Origin: a virus | Direction: 5' to 3' (one strand) | DNA length: 64,000 bases | Virus record (IMG/VR): IMGVR_UViG_3300037487_001184 | Coordinates: 60,230 to 124,229 of that record | In this document: positions 17,124 to 28,130 of the stretch, in pieces | How positions within the stretch are numbered: the first letter of the stretch is position 1 | How the letters are laid out: every line of letters begins with the position of its first letter | Notes under the pieces: model-generated | Seen by the model: the letters and a program-made list of their open reading frames with translations, nothing else | Database searches by the model: none | Told to the model about the DNA's origin: nothing | Position numbers and translations under genes: made by a program

Positions 17124-20100
17124 TATATACGCTCATTACATAAGAGCCTTATATTTCTGACTCTTGGAGTTACTGCTTTACTTGCAGTAGTCATATCAAC
17201 GCGAAGTCTACATTGTGTAAACTCTGCCAACACCGCGGTCCCGCCTGATGTATATGCTGAGTTCCCTTGACTGTCTACACCGGTGTCTGGGTCTACTAAC
17301 TCAAACGTATTAGCAGTAGCATTAGCCACTCTCCACGTATCATTAGCCGCCGTATTACCCCCCACAGTAGCAACAACAACTATCTCGTTATCGTTAAAAC
17401 CATGACCAGCAGAAGTTATAACTATAGGAGAAGCATTGGTTGCGCCCGTCACTGTTGCTGCATCAGGTCGTGTGGAAAATTCCCATTCCATGAATGGGTC
17501 ATCTTTTGCAACAGCGTTATAACCAGTCTGCACCTTCAACTCACACCAGAAAAGACCATCATCTACAGTGTAATAAGGAGTTACCGACCGAGAACCTGCA
17601 CCATTAACACCATCGGTATCCAAATCAAGGATAGCTCGGACCTCGTTGGGATAGTTCTCTGCATCTGTAAAAGTAATTGAGTTGCCTATATAAGTAGCCT
17701 CATCTTCATGAAGCAAGAACACTATACCATTAAACTCTTTTACTACGGCATACGCCCCACCAAGAGATGTTACATCAATCTTTAGCCGAACCTGTGTAGC
17801 AATAGAACCAAGATACGTATCAACCCACGGTCTATAGGCAACCCAACTTGTTCCGTTATCCAACGAGTAAGACCATTTAGCGTTAGTACCCGGAGCAAGA
17901 AATTCCATCGTCTTCAACACTAAATAACTCGCCTCGATACCTGTAAGGTTCTCGAACACAATTGCACAATCAGACACAAAGTTACTCTTGTATAGTTTGA
18001 ACTTCAGGTCCTTCTTGGTTTCCGGTTGCCATGTACTATTATTAGGAGAATGGAACTGAACCCCACCGTGGGATTGCGTCATAATAACATTACCAGTTAT
18101 GATATCAGTATCACCAAGTTCAGAGTTCCACACTTCATAATCAACACAGTTAGTCATTAGAACAATGGCATATTCTTCCATGTTATAACCAACCACGTCA
18201 GGGAAGGTAAACACAGTCTCAGATGTAGCGTCATCAGATATAGTTATATCAGCCGCTTGCTTTGTCACAGACTGAAAAACATCCTTCGATGGCATTCCGT
18301 TAACCATCTTTCTGATTTCACAGGTCACTGGTTTGGTTGCACTTTTAGCTGCAAAGAACACACCTACCGCACAAAGATATGTATTGTCTTCCATAACAAG
18401 AAACGATTGTGCTAACGGGTCCCATCCCCACGCATCTGTTATCCACCAATCTGAGCGTGTACCTGACACACAAGTAGTATTGACGCGAGCGGAGGTCATA
18501 CCTAATGTGGTAGCTTGCTTAGTTTCCTTCAAACCACTACCGTAGAAGTTTGCGGAGGCTTCACTAACATCATCTGTAGTTGCGTGTAAAATCCTGACAA
18601 GACAGGTCCCACACTCAACCCCTGCTGGCATTGTAAACTTAGCTGTCAACCTACCAGCAGAATCAGTTTTCACAGTAGTAAGACTTGTAGGTACAACCCT
18701 GGAAGTAACCGAAACCTCTCCATTCACAGGATTAGTAGAATAAACCATTGTCACAATATTCTTTGTAACGCTAGTACCTGCTACACTATCACCTGTAGCT
18801 GTTAAATTAACATTCACGCCAGCTATTTCACACCTATGGTCTGCATTCACCATAAGTGAATCAGCAACAACTGCTATCTCAAAGGGAGAATTGTCAGTAT
18901 TCTTAGTTCGCATAAACTGAATTGTGGATAGGTCAACTACTCTATCCCCAAAATCTATTACCTGTCTGTCTGGAACTATTGAATCAATCTGAGTACCTGT
19001 TCGCGCATAATCAATATAATTCCACCTGCCACCGCCCCACCAGGTTTGGAAATCAAACCTGCCACCGCCAGTCCTATTCCATGCACCCCAATCAATCTGA
19101 CCTATTCTCTCAGCATCCAAAATGTTAAGTAGCGCTGCCATATTATTATCATAGTTAATGGTAGCTCTTGGTAACTGCTCAGTATCATAGAACATATCAA
19201 CACCAGGCGTAAGAGTCAGCCTACCATTCATAGGGGACCAGATTAAATCAGGGTTCAAATTCTGTCTACGTGAAGCTGCTTTACTTTCCTGATGCAAAAC
19301 AGGCTGATAACCTAGAACTATCTGATTACCCACCAAACTAATATTTTCACTTTCAGACTCATCCAGAGTAATAAGTTGCTGCACCTGTGTTACAGGAATC
19401 TTTACTTCACGATTCTTAGCATCAATAGCAGCGGTATGAATAACAGCGCCCTCAACTCCAGCAGTATTACCGGTCTTACTAAAAGACCATGACATCTTGT
19501 TCTGCCCTGTAATGGGGTCGGTAAACAAACCCTTAGCGCCAATTGCGGCATCAGAGTAAGTAGTTTGATTCTCCAAGTCGTTCACAGTTTGCCAGTACTC
19601 CAACCTGGCAATACGGTCTTTCATATCGGAAATGCCTAACTGTGTAGTCCTCATAACTCCGACGTTCCTAACCTTCACATCACTCACATAGTAGGTATAA
19701 GGAGAAACGATTATCTGTGCTACTGTAAGTTTACCTTCCTGGTCAGTAGGAATCGGGGGCTCTATTGCTGCATTTCCTTCAATAACTGACAATGTTCCGT
19801 CTGGACTCACTGCCAACTTATCAACGCGTGCAAAGTAAAAATCATAATCGAATACTGGATTATCTGCATTGATGGGTCTACTTGTACTTGTAGTACGAAA
19901 ATCTATACAATCACGTAAATATGTTACACCATCAGGTGCAAGTTCTATACTTGCATAAGTATCATAACTATCAGCCGAAACATAATCACCCTCTGCACTA
20001 TGCGCCCAGTAAGTATAAGATACATAATATTTAGCATTTGTTGTTGGTTGACCAACACCCTGTGCCCCAGCAGTAGACCAATCAATCTGAGAAGTTGCGT

Positions 20101-22030
20101 GAAGCATAGCAGTAGAGTTCTTTAAGAAAACATACTCATCCCACGCATTGTCACCACCAATAGTATTAGATATCTTGGTAATTTCTACAACATCACTGTG
20201 ACCCAAATCATCCTGACCTTGATAAGCAAGTTTGGTAACTTCCTCATTTGCTACCGTAGTGAGAACTCTTGTACCCTTTACTGCATTGCGCTGATAACGA
20301 TACTTAACATAAAGAGGTACCCCGCTACCAGGTTTTTCACCAGACATACCAACAAAGCTTATATAGTCTCCATCGCGTTCAAAATCTACGTTCTTTTCGT
20401 ATGTAAACAAACCATCGTGGCAGTCTGCAAGCACAAGAGAAGCACCCAATACATCATAAACACCGCTATTAGATTGATTATCTAAAAGCAGGTTTTTATC
20501 GGTAGTGCCATTATATGAAACACTTACGACATGCTCGCAAGAATAATTAAGGTCTGTAATTGTTTTTAAGAAAGCATCATTTGCATCGTATATCCGTTGT
20601 CCAGTCGGAAGGATTACACCTTCACTGAGACCTAGAATTGTGTAAGCGTCACCAGCAATAGCCATGATTTCCAGCGTTTGGTCATCCCTAGCTCGTATAT
20701 TAAGAGATCCGGTAGCATCAATACAAGTTATAAGGTCCGGGGATTCATTGGAAATATAACCATTTAATGCTGCCTCAATCTGTGTAGCGACTGTTGCTGC
20801 GGTTGCACTAACCCCAGACAAGGTTACCGTGTGTGCATTACCACTACCGACTTTTAACTTCACCTTCAGCCCATTTACGTTATAATTCTCTGCATTAGTA
20901 GCCGTAGCTGCACCACCATCTGATTCATATGCATCAATCGTAGAATTGTTTCGACTACCATATTCCCTGGCTTTATTAATGTGTTCAAAACGATAACCAA
21001 TGGTCTCAACCGGATATCCCTCAACATAAGCAAGTCCGGGACCAATCTTCAAGGTTAGTTGTGTTGCATCGGTTGCATGTGCTTGCACTTCTACTGGAAA
21101 GTTGCGTACAACAAAGTTGCCAGACACGTCTCTTGTTCTATTAGCTAATTTCCTATCCAGCACTGTAGTTTCTGGTGTAACAGTTACAATCAAAGGAGTA
21201 TTATCGGTAAACTTCTGTATATCAAGCTGATTGTCCTGGTCGATACCCCACACAAACTCATAAATTAACCTAGCAGCACCGTCCTGGGCATACTCTAAAT
21301 CAACCAACTCATCCTGATTTCTCATCACTGGGTCAATTACATGAGACACTACAGTCGGAGTCACCACAATACCAACAGTCTCTACTCCAGTTCCAACTAG
21401 TTCCACCTGACCAGCAGGAACATCAACAATCTGACCCTGAATATAAACCTTACCTGTAGTAAAATTCCATGTAGTACCACTATCAAACTGATAAGCGCAC
21501 CCAGAAATTATATCACCATCACGATGTAATGATGCTTCCGCTAAATCCTTAACTCCACGAAGCATTATCCACTGAAGGTCAATTAGTTCCTGTCGCTGAA
21601 GGTAAACACCATGATTGAAAAGCAAAGCTCTCCACTGCGGTCTACCAGAAGTATTGTCTTCTTTAATTAGTTCCGCAGTCTGTAGTGCTACACCCTTATC
21701 ATTATATGCAGCAATTGATGCAGCAACTTCTTGAAGCAGGTAATAGACACCACCCTGCAACTTATAAAACCTAACAAATGTTGCCGCAGCAGGAACACTC
21801 TCAACAGACAAGGCAATATAATTAGTATTATTTATTGTTGCCGGTCCTGTAGTTACTACAACAGCTTCAGTTGGAGTTGTTTCACCAACTAATGTAACAA
21901 AAGAAGCTCTGTAGGAATAAGAGGTGCTACCAGGAGTTCCATGAACCACTGGGGTAGTCATTACCGGAACAGGAAGATTGTCCCCAGCCCTCAACTTATA
22001 ATCAAACATTTTGTCATTTAAAAGTCCCAT
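17123..22030 (-). CDS. Large baseplate/tail-associated protein (DUF4815/VrlC-like) with C-terminal FCCH-like beta domain
   Basis: LFNHGVYLQRQELIDLQ, RTRDVSGNFVV, GLAYVEGY, INKARE, LRDCIDFR, RIARLEY, DPLAQSF, DLKFKLY; C-terminal TGATNASPIVITSAGHGF. Confidence 0.8.
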   Translation of the reverse strand: MGLLNDKMFDYKLRAGDNLPVPVMTTPVVHGTPGSTSYSYRASFVTLVGETTPTEAVVVTTGPATINNTNYIALSVESVPAAATFVRFYKLQGGVYYLLQEVAASIAAYNDKGVALQTAELIKEDNTSGRPQWRALLFNHGVYLQRQELIDLQWIMLRGVKDLAEASLHRDGDIISGCAYQFDSGTTWNFTTGKVYIQGQIVDVPAGQVELVGTGVETVGIVVTPTVVSHVIDPVMRNQDELVDLEYAQDGAARLIYEFVWGIDQDNQLDIQKFTDNTPLIVTVTPETTVLDRKLANRTRDVSGNFVVRNFPVEVQAHATDATQLTLKIGPGLAYVEGYPVETIGYRFEHINKAREYGSRNNSTIDAYESDGGAATATNAENYNVNGLKVKLKVGSGNAHTVTLSGVSATAATVATQIEAALNGYISNESPDLITCIDATGSLNIRARDDQTLEIMAIAGDAYTILGLSEGVILPTGQRIYDANDAFLKTITDLNYSCEHVVSVSYNGTTDKNLLLDNQSNSGVYDVLGASLVLADCHDGLFTYEKNVDFERDGDYISFVGMSGEKPGSGVPLYVKYRYQRNAVKGTRVLTTVANEEVTKLAYQGQDDLGHSDVVEITKISNTIGGDNAWDEYVFLKNSTAMLHATSQIDWSTAGAQGVGQPTTNAKYYVSYTYWAHSAEGDYVSADSYDTYASIELAPDGVTYLRDCIDFRTTSTSRPINADNPVFDYDFYFARVDKLAVSPDGTLSVIEGNAAIEPPIPTDQEGKLTVAQIIVSPYTYYVSDVKVRNVGVMRTTQLGISDMKDRIARLEYWQTVNDLENQTTYSDAAIGAKGLFTDPITGQNKMSWSFSKTGNTAGVEGAVIHTAAIDAKNREVKIPVTQVQQLITLDESESENISLVGNQIVLGYQPVLHQESKAASRRQNLNPDLIWSPMNGRLTLTPGVDMFYDTEQLPRATINYDNNMAALLNILDAERIGQIDWGAWNRTGGGRFDFQTWWGGGRWNYIDYARTGTQIDSIVPDRQVIDFGDRVVDLSTIQFMRTKNTDNSPFEIAVVADSLMVNADHRCEIAGVNVNLTATGDSVAGTSVTKNIVTMVYSTNPVNGEVSVTSRVVPTSLTTVKTDSAGRLTAKFTMPAGVECGTCLVRILHATTDDVSEASANFYGSGLKETKQATTLGMTSARVNTTCVSGTRSDWWITDAWGWDPLAQSFLVMEDNTYLCAVGVFFAAKSATKPVTCEIRKMVNGMPSKDVFQSVTKQAADITISDDATSETVFTFPDVVGYNMEEYAIVLMTNCVDYEVWNSELGDTDIITGNVIMTQSHGGVQFHSPNNSTWQPETKKDLKFKLYKSNFVSDCAIVFENLTGIEASYLVLKTMEFLAPGTNAKWSYSLDNGTSWVAYRPWVDTYLGSIATQVRLKIDVTSLGGAYAVVKEFNGIVFLLHEDEATYIGNSITFTDAENYPNEVRAILDLDTDGVNGAGSRSVTPYYTVDDGLFWCELKVQTGYNAVAKDDPFMEWEFSTRPDAATVTGATNASPIVITSAGHGFNDNEIVVVATVGGNTAANDTWRVANATANTFELVDPDTGVDSQGNSAYTSGGTAVLAEFTQCRLRVDMTTASKAVTPRVRNIRLLCNERI

Positions 22031-22042
22031 TACTCACACCTC

Positions 22043-22555
22043 TTATTTGAATTCAAAAATTACTTGGACTATTTCTTCACGCTCCAGTGACATCACTATA
22101 GGAGCAGTATTTTCCACATATTCCAAAACACCGGTATCCTCAACATCATCTGGGTCCAACCACAAATCTGTGGTGTGCCCAGAAGCGGGAACTAGGTTAG
22201 AAAAAACACCCATCTGTCTAAATATACCATAAGGTTGCCCAACAGAAGGGTCAAATCTAGCTTTAATGTAAATAAACCTACCCAATTCTGACAACGCGTT
22301 AGAATCCTCTACATAACGATATCTCCGACCGCGTATCATAACATCTTCTTGACTATTAACAAATCTACAAAGACTCACTAACTCTGCTTTAACAAAAACG
22401 ATATGTTCTTCAATATCTGTGAGTCCGGCTTCCGGAGAAGGTGGTGCTAATTCATCGTCCCACGCTGTAGTCTTACCCACTGCGACCCAATAAGTAGAGT
22501 AGGTTTTGTGTAACAACGCAGTCCGCGCACGAGCGGTATAGGGTATTACAGCCAT
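22043..22555 (-). CDS. Baseplate protein
   Basis: YWVAVGKTTAWDDELAPP and FRQMGVF motifs of myophage baseplate proteins; position after the tail-I-like gene. Confidence 0.65.
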   Translation of the reverse strand: MAVIPYTARARTALLHKTYSTYWVAVGKTTAWDDELAPPSPEAGLTDIEEHIVFVKAELVSLCRFVNSQEDVMIRGRRYRYVEDSNALSELGRFIYIKARFDPSVGQPYGIFRQMGVFSNLVPASGHTTDLWLDPDDVEDTGVLEYVENTAPIVMSLEREEIVQVIFEFK

Positions 22556-22566
22556 TTTCTTTCACC

Positions 22567-23496
22567 TCATAATTCTACGCTATCTAAGCGCGGTTTTAAT
22601 GCTGGAGCCGTGGACAATGCAAGTTCCCCTATAAGTTGTTCGCCAATCCGCAGCTCATTTGTTTCGATATCAGTCCAACGTAAAGATGTATACGTATGCA
22701 TATATGTAGTTGTTGGTACTGGGTAAAAAGGAACTTCTCCTAATAAAGTATTTCCAAGAACAGGTCCGAGTGTATCACAATCATTCCAATTAACAATGTG
22801 ATAAGACCACTGTGGTCTCGGTGCAGGACGGTCCCCAACAACTTCAGTTATACCTAAACTACCATAACCAATCCCACCATCAAGACAATTTGTATATGAA
22901 AGAGCGCTGGTGATTAATAAATATCCAACAACCTCATCAATACCAGTCATAACAAAAAAGTATTCGATAAACCAAATAACTCCGGCTGGTGAGGTTTCAA
23001 GTAAAGCAGCAAGTAAGTCCTCTGTTTCTCCGGCTCTATCTACCCCTATTACATACGCACCGTCATGCCAATAATTTGGCGCTACTATATAAGCATCATC
23101 GCATGATAACCTACCTTGCTTACCGAGGATTAATAGCTTAGAGGCATTATCCTGATACTTATTAAGATGTGAGCCGTGCTCTTCAACTAAATCATTAAGT
23201 GATACAAAGGTTCCTTTGTAGGAATATTTACGAATAGAATCTCGAATTCTATTTCTATTCCAAAGTAAAGTTCTATTATAATACCACCTATGTCCTACAA
23301 GGTCTCCAATAAGTTTCAGATGTCGAGTGGGTATCTTGTCAACACTATGGATGTCTAATAAACTATCAGCAAGTTGTTCGATAGAATCAAAATCATCATC
23401 AACAACATTCAGGAACCTCTCCAACACTCCTTGAGTATCTAGTTTACGCCATATATTTGGCAGTCTATCATAGAGGTCTGTTCTTTGTGCTGCCAT
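22567..23496 (-). CDS. Baseplate wedge protein (P2 gpI-like)
   Basis: LYDRLPNIWR..D..LERFL, HLKLIGDLVG, YSYKGT, PAG. Confidence 0.75.
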   Translation of the reverse strand: MAAQRTDLYDRLPNIWRKLDTQGVLERFLNVVDDDFDSIEQLADSLLDIHSVDKIPTRHLKLIGDLVGHRWYYNRTLLWNRNRIRDSIRKYSYKGTFVSLNDLVEEHGSHLNKYQDNASKLLILGKQGRLSCDDAYIVAPNYWHDGAYVIGVDRAGETEDLLAALLETSPAGVIWFIEYFFVMTGIDEVVGYLLITSALSYTNCLDGGIGYGSLGITEVVGDRPAPRPQWSYHIVNWNDCDTLGPVLGNTLLGEVPFYPVPTTTYMHTYTSLRWTDIETNELRIGEQLIGELALSTAPALKPRLDSVEL

Positions 23497-24905
23497 TAGT
23501 CTTGAATCACCACACTAACTGTACCTAAAGTAGCCATATACCCATTAGGTATATCAGTATCAACTACCGGTGCATCAAACTCTATCCAGGATACCCCGTT
23601 AACCCTACTTAATGTTAAGTTAAGGTCTCCAAAATCAACATCTAATGCCAAACCTTGGTTCTCGGACAAAAAGAATGTTGTACAAGCATCCTCAATAGCA
23701 GCTATTACACTAGCATGTTCATATCCAACAGAAACACCAATCCTAATACTCACATCTATTGGAAATGCAGTCCAGTCCTTTATCAAATATCTTCCTTGCC
23801 ACGTACCTAAATGTCCCCAAGTAGTGCATTCATCAAGTAATATATCACGCATAGTAGTAGTAACTACCCCGCCACCCTCTGGAACTACATACATTACAAT
23901 GTAAAGATGGGGCCATTCTAAAGAATCATTTCTATCAATTATTTGACAATGCAGTACACCGGGTAAGTGCTCAATCAACGCTTGATAATCTTCCTTAACA
24001 ACGCCCCTTCGTTGAGCGCGTGTTACAATAGGAATGGATTCTCTTATTGATTCTGTTCCTTCAGAGGGAGCGCCCCCTGTTGCTTCCTCTATATTAGTAC
24101 ACGTTGCCATATCAACCATATTAGCTGGCAACCCGGTAATAACACCGGTACCACAGTTACCACTACTACCATCTGTAGTTATATAAGTAACTGTTATGTC
24201 ACCAAAAGACAGTAGACTTCCCTGCACACCATCCCCAATTACTAGATATACATTATCTGTTTCACCATCAAGTTCCAACATATAGTGCCAATCAGTAGAG
24301 GTAGACCGCCAAAAAGAATCAACCTGTGTCCAAACCACTGATTCGTCAGTATGAATAATCTCAACGGTACCAGCAGCTACTTCCGTTCCAAGATTATACT
24401 TCAACTTATTTGTGTTATCCAAATATTCAAAATCTGATGCGCCCAACGATAGTGTGTGTGCAACACCCTGCAGCACTTGAACATCGGCATAATCTGGAGT
24501 TGCACTAATAGCAGAAGCCGCTACAGAAGAATAAATTAAACCATCTGCTCTAGTAAACTCCATAAATCTAGGTAATACAATCCTGCGCGTATAGCCACCC
24601 CCCCTCGTAACACGCACAACAGAGGCAGCAGCAGAAGCGAGAACGGGCGTATAACCAACAGTGGCTCCAATATCAACAAGTGATTGTCTGAATCTTGCAG
24701 TAGATAAGTATCCCTCTAAAAATACTTCATCAATATAAAAGGATAGCAAATCTGTTTCACGAGACAACAAACGAATTAAAGAGATTCCGCCATCACTATG
24801 ATTTCTATCGGTTAATTCGGGTACTTCAACAGAAAGTAGCGCGAGCAATCGTTCAAAACTCGCTGTATAGTCACGCTGTGTGAATATATTATTCATATCA
24901 GCCAT
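23496..24905 (-). CDS. Baseplate J-like wedge protein
   Basis: RDYTAS, ELTDRNHSDGG, GDGVQG, TNIEEATGGAPSE, RGVVKEDY. Confidence 0.85.
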   Translation of the reverse strand: MADMNNIFTQRDYTASFERLLALLSVEVPELTDRNHSDGGISLIRLLSRETDLLSFYIDEVFLEGYLSTARFRQSLVDIGATVGYTPVLASAAASVVRVTRGGGYTRRIVLPRFMEFTRADGLIYSSVAASAISATPDYADVQVLQGVAHTLSLGASDFEYLDNTNKLKYNLGTEVAAGTVEIIHTDESVVWTQVDSFWRSTSTDWHYMLELDGETDNVYLVIGDGVQGSLLSFGDITVTYITTDGSSGNCGTGVITGLPANMVDMATCTNIEEATGGAPSEGTESIRESIPIVTRAQRRGVVKEDYQALIEHLPGVLHCQIIDRNDSLEWPHLYIVMYVVPEGGGVVTTTMRDILLDECTTWGHLGTWQGRYLIKDWTAFPIDVSIRIGVSVGYEHASVIAAIEDACTTFFLSENQGLALDVDFGDLNLTLSRVNGVSWIEFDAPVVDTDIPNGYMATLGTVSVVIQD

Positions 24906-25805
24906 TTATAGTCCCTCACTCATCAGAATGGTTGCTTTCGGAGGAACTCGTAACATCGTTCCTATTAAGGGATCTGCAAGCGTTTTCATATTAACTCTAC
25001 CAAGACCAGCATCGGCAGAATCTGAGATATAACACCGCGCAAGATAATACCACAACCTAATATCTTTGTAAAACTTATAAGCCAAAAGCAACCAGGTATC
25101 GCCGCGCTTTACGCTATAAAAAGAATCGTTAGAGGATAATGGTATTGGTTTATATTTTTGAAGTCTGATATAGTCATGACTGTTTCGAAAACTTCTAGTT
25201 GCTCCTCTATAACGACTAACATGGTCGTGCCCATTAGAATCAACATTACTCGAATGGTATTCCTGTAATCTAGAAGCCCTGTTTGTAACAAAAGGAATAA
25301 CCAAATTCCCTGGTGCTTGTCCTGTTATAAAATCTATAGTAACCCACATAGGAGCAATTCCCATATCAGCTTGTCTTCCTGTAAGTTTCCACCTAACTCC
25401 GCTATAACCCGCATCTTTGTATTCATGTCCAAAAGTATCCGGCACCTTTGCTCGTTTTTCCCACCTTACTGTAGAGGTCTTAAAATACACTTCTGCTATC
25501 TGCCTAAATTCGTATGTGTTTGGTTCAAACAATATCATGAATATATAAGAACCGAACTCAGGAAGTGTATCATGCTCACCTGGTCTTGTCAAGAGTATAT
25601 GTGCAATTGATTCCGCTATGTGGTTTACGTTAGGGGTAACAGTTTCCCGTATAGACCAGCTATCCTGTAAGTATTCCAAAGCCACAGAAGTAGCATCGGT
25701 ATTTCCTGCCGTAGTTACAACTCCACCTGTCGATGGGTTAAGTCTAAATGGAAACCCGATCCCACGGCCATACACTTTGAGTTCTGTAGCTTTTCGTACT
25801 GTCAA
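24906..25805 (-). CDS. Baseplate gp25/GPW-like protein fused to a C-terminal LysM/tail-X-like domain
   Basis: GRGIGFPF, IAESIAHILLTRPGE..PEFGS, WEKR; C-terminal YSVKRGDTW..LAYKFY..LWYYLA..LRVP. Confidence 0.8.
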   Translation of the reverse strand: MTVRKATELKVYGRGIGFPFRLNPSTGGVVTTAGNTDATSVALEYLQDSWSIRETVTPNVNHIAESIAHILLTRPGEHDTLPEFGSYIFMILFEPNTYEFRQIAEVYFKTSTVRWEKRAKVPDTFGHEYKDAGYSGVRWKLTGRQADMGIAPMWVTIDFITGQAPGNLVIPFVTNRASRLQEYHSSNVDSNGHDHVSRYRGATRSFRNSHDYIRLQKYKPIPLSSNDSFYSVKRGDTWLLLAYKFYKDIRLWYYLARCYISDSADAGLGRVNMKTLADPLIGTMLRVPPKATILMSEGL

Positions 25806-26773
25806 GCGGTTGTAACCTCATTATATAACATAGTCTTACTTATCTCTGCCAATTGGGTCATCAGCGGTTTTACCGTATCTGTTTCAACCTCGAACTTAAC
25901 CAGCTCTTGAATAATATTTTTATTAAACTTTACATCCCCTGTTTTACCACGAACTTGAACTTGCGCGGCTCCTGCAGTGAGTATAATAGAACCACCGTCT
26001 TTAGATGATAGGAATATAGATGGGCCATTTTCAGAATTCATACTATCGGCTACTCTAATAATCATACCACTACCGTCTTCTGCATCTACTATTGTCAACC
26101 CAGAACCGTTTTGCCCAAGAAGTCTAACATAACCTACCTTATTTTTAAATACTTCACCAGGAGCTTTTTGTGTTTTACAGGCTACACAATCATCCCCTCG
26201 CTTATACGCTGTTCTAAACTTAGTCTCTTCTTTCTCGCTTTGTTTTGGTTCTTCACCTTTGTTTGGACCATCTATGAATAAACCAGCACCAGTATTGCTC
26301 TGTAATGCAACACCCTCCTTTCCTGTCTTATCATTAAAAGTTAGTCCAGCTCCTGCAGGTGTCTTCAACTGATAAAAAAGGTGCCCCTCTTTTTTAGTGA
26401 TAGCGTTTGCAGTCTCTTTAGGTAGTAATCCTACCTTGCTATCTTTAGACTCAGAAGATGGACCAGCGGGAAACACAATTTGGTTCATTGGGTCTCCGTC
26501 AATATTAACAAGAACACCCCTTTGCCTTGGAGACATGGGCCAGGATATACCAGTATCGCCTTTATTATGTGTGCCACCAATCGGCATACCACCTACTTCA
26601 ACCCAACTAGTATAGTTTTCCTTCCCAACTCCACTCTTAACAGGGCATTCTACTTGTACCCTATTATCCCCTTTTGGGTCTCCTTCTGTTTTACGAATAA
26701 CACAATCGCTAAAAGTGACAGCTTTTAGAATATTTCCAGCATCTGGATTAACTATTGTTGGTGTTTCCCACAT
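25802..26773 (-). CDS. Baseplate central spike (gpV/gp5 OB-fold plus beta-helix)
   Basis: DPKGDNRVQV, TSWVEV, G.SWP, VLV..GDP; then TPAG..LTFND repeats. Confidence 0.7.
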   Translation of the reverse strand: MWETPTIVNPDAGNILKAVTFSDCVIRKTEGDPKGDNRVQVECPVKSGVGKENYTSWVEVGGMPIGGTHNKGDTGISWPMSPRQRGVLVNIDGDPMNQIVFPAGPSSESKDSKVGLLPKETANAITKKEGHLFYQLKTPAGAGLTFNDKTGKEGVALQSNTGAGLFIDGPNKGEEPKQSEKEETKFRTAYKRGDDCVACKTQKAPGEVFKNKVGYVRLLGQNGSGLTIVDAEDGSGMIIRVADSMNSENGPSIFLSSKDGGSIILTAGAAQVQVRGKTGDVKFNKNIIQELVKFEVETDTVKPLMTQLAEISKTMLYNEVTTA

Positions 26774-26775
26774 TA

Positions 26776-27036
26776 TTATGTCCTATCCACCGATGCATTT
26801 GCGCCATCCTTTTTTACCCCGCCACCTTTAGCCTTTTCAGCACCTCCCCGTGACTGAGTAGTTGACATGGTAAACTTTGCTGATACTATAGTGCTATCAT
26901 CTTTACCAAACGAAACTGTAGCCTGACTTCCAGCATCTAGGTCTCTGGGTCCAATATTAATGTCACCGCCCCCATATATATCAGAGTTAATAACTACCTT
27001 ACCTTTACCTTTTTTTGTTTTTTTAGCTTGTGTCAT
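26776..27036 (-). CDS. Small protein resembling the internal segment of a baseplate hub
   Basis: INIGPRDL..QATVSFGKD..IVSAKFTMST; ATGA overlap with the hub gene. Confidence 0.55.
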   Translation of the reverse strand: MTQAKKTKKGKGKVVINSDIYGGGDINIGPRDLDAGSQATVSFGKDDSTIVSAKFTMSTTQSRGGAEKAKGGGVKKDGANASVDRT

Positions 27037-28130
27037 GTTCTAGCCACCGAAGAGTTCATTCCTTGTTTTACAGAGGACCCTTTCTTATTCCCCTCCTGCT
27101 TCTCATCTGGTTCATTTCTCATCACATGTAGTGTAGTAGAACCACCGTGTCCTTCCTCCCAACCATGTGTACATGTTTGAACATACCAACCACCAGAATT
27201 CTCTGGTCCTAAATTATCAAATTCAATTCCCTTCTTTGCGCGAAGTTCAGGAGACCAGTATAGGACCACATCTCCGCGCACTGACTTACCTTTACTGGCA
27301 TTCTGTGCTGCATTAGCCCTGTTATTATCCACTGAATTAGTATCAGATGAAGAACCATAATCGTAAGTCAAATCACCACCAGCAGCCGCTCCAGCGGCAG
27401 CACCAGCAACTCCTCCACTGCCAGCCCCTCCTCCACTACCGGCAGCAGCTCCTGCAGCAGCTCCTGCAGCTCCGCCCTTGCCTCCATCTGGTTTCTTTCC
27501 GTTTTTTTCCTCACGACCAACCCCAGAATTAAGCGCTGTACCTGTCATACACATTGCTTTTGGCGCGCACGAGGGAGCCTTGAATTCTCCAATATTAAAC
27601 ATAGTCTGCTCTGCGTTATATTGACTGGTAGTTTTACACATATTGGTTAATTCACCTATAATACTCCATACAGTACCATTACACGGGAGTTTTACACCAT
27701 TACCAAAATCAGGACTTTGAAGGTCTACTTTTACACTAGCCTTATTATCAACAGCAGCCTCAACAGTCTCCTTTATAGCTTTAACTGCATCTGTTCCTTC
27801 TTTATACATACCTTTCATAGATTTCCCATCAATATTTGCTATTATATCTTGCCCAAGAATCTCTATAGTTAATGCTTTATCAGAATAAGTCTCTGTGACC
27901 CCTTGAATTTTAAGTTTTGCTGTGTTTGATAAATCATTTGGTGTTCCGAACATAACCTCGATATCACCATCTAATTGAAATAAACCACTAAATAACATAT
28001 CAATGTTAACTATAGTTATATTGCAAGAAGACATCCCATCATCAACTTCCTTAACCGACCATTTAGATACAATCTTCGTTATATCTGTCTCGGCTACCTT
28101 AACAATAAAATCACACTCTTTATCATACAT
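27033..28130 (-). CDS. Baseplate hub (late control D / gp27-like)
   Basis: N-terminal DITKIVSKWSV.E..D...CNITI.N; C-terminal PELRAK..I..LG..SGGWYVQTCTH; Gly/Ala-rich middle. Confidence 0.75.
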   Translation of the reverse strand: MYDKECDFIVKVAETDITKIVSKWSVKEVDDGMSSCNITIVNIDMLFSGLFQLDGDIEVMFGTPNDLSNTAKLKIQGVTETYSDKALTIEILGQDIIANIDGKSMKGMYKEGTDAVKAIKETVEAAVDNKASVKVDLQSPDFGNGVKLPCNGTVWSIIGELTNMCKTTSQYNAEQTMFNIGEFKAPSCAPKAMCMTGTALNSGVGREEKNGKKPDGGKGGAAGAAAGAAAGSGGGAGSGGVAGAAAGAAAGGDLTYDYGSSSDTNSVDNNRANAAQNASKGKSVRGDVVLYWSPELRAKKGIEFDNLGPENSGGWYVQTCTHGWEEGHGGSTTLHVMRNEPDEKQEGNKKGSSVKQGMNSSVART

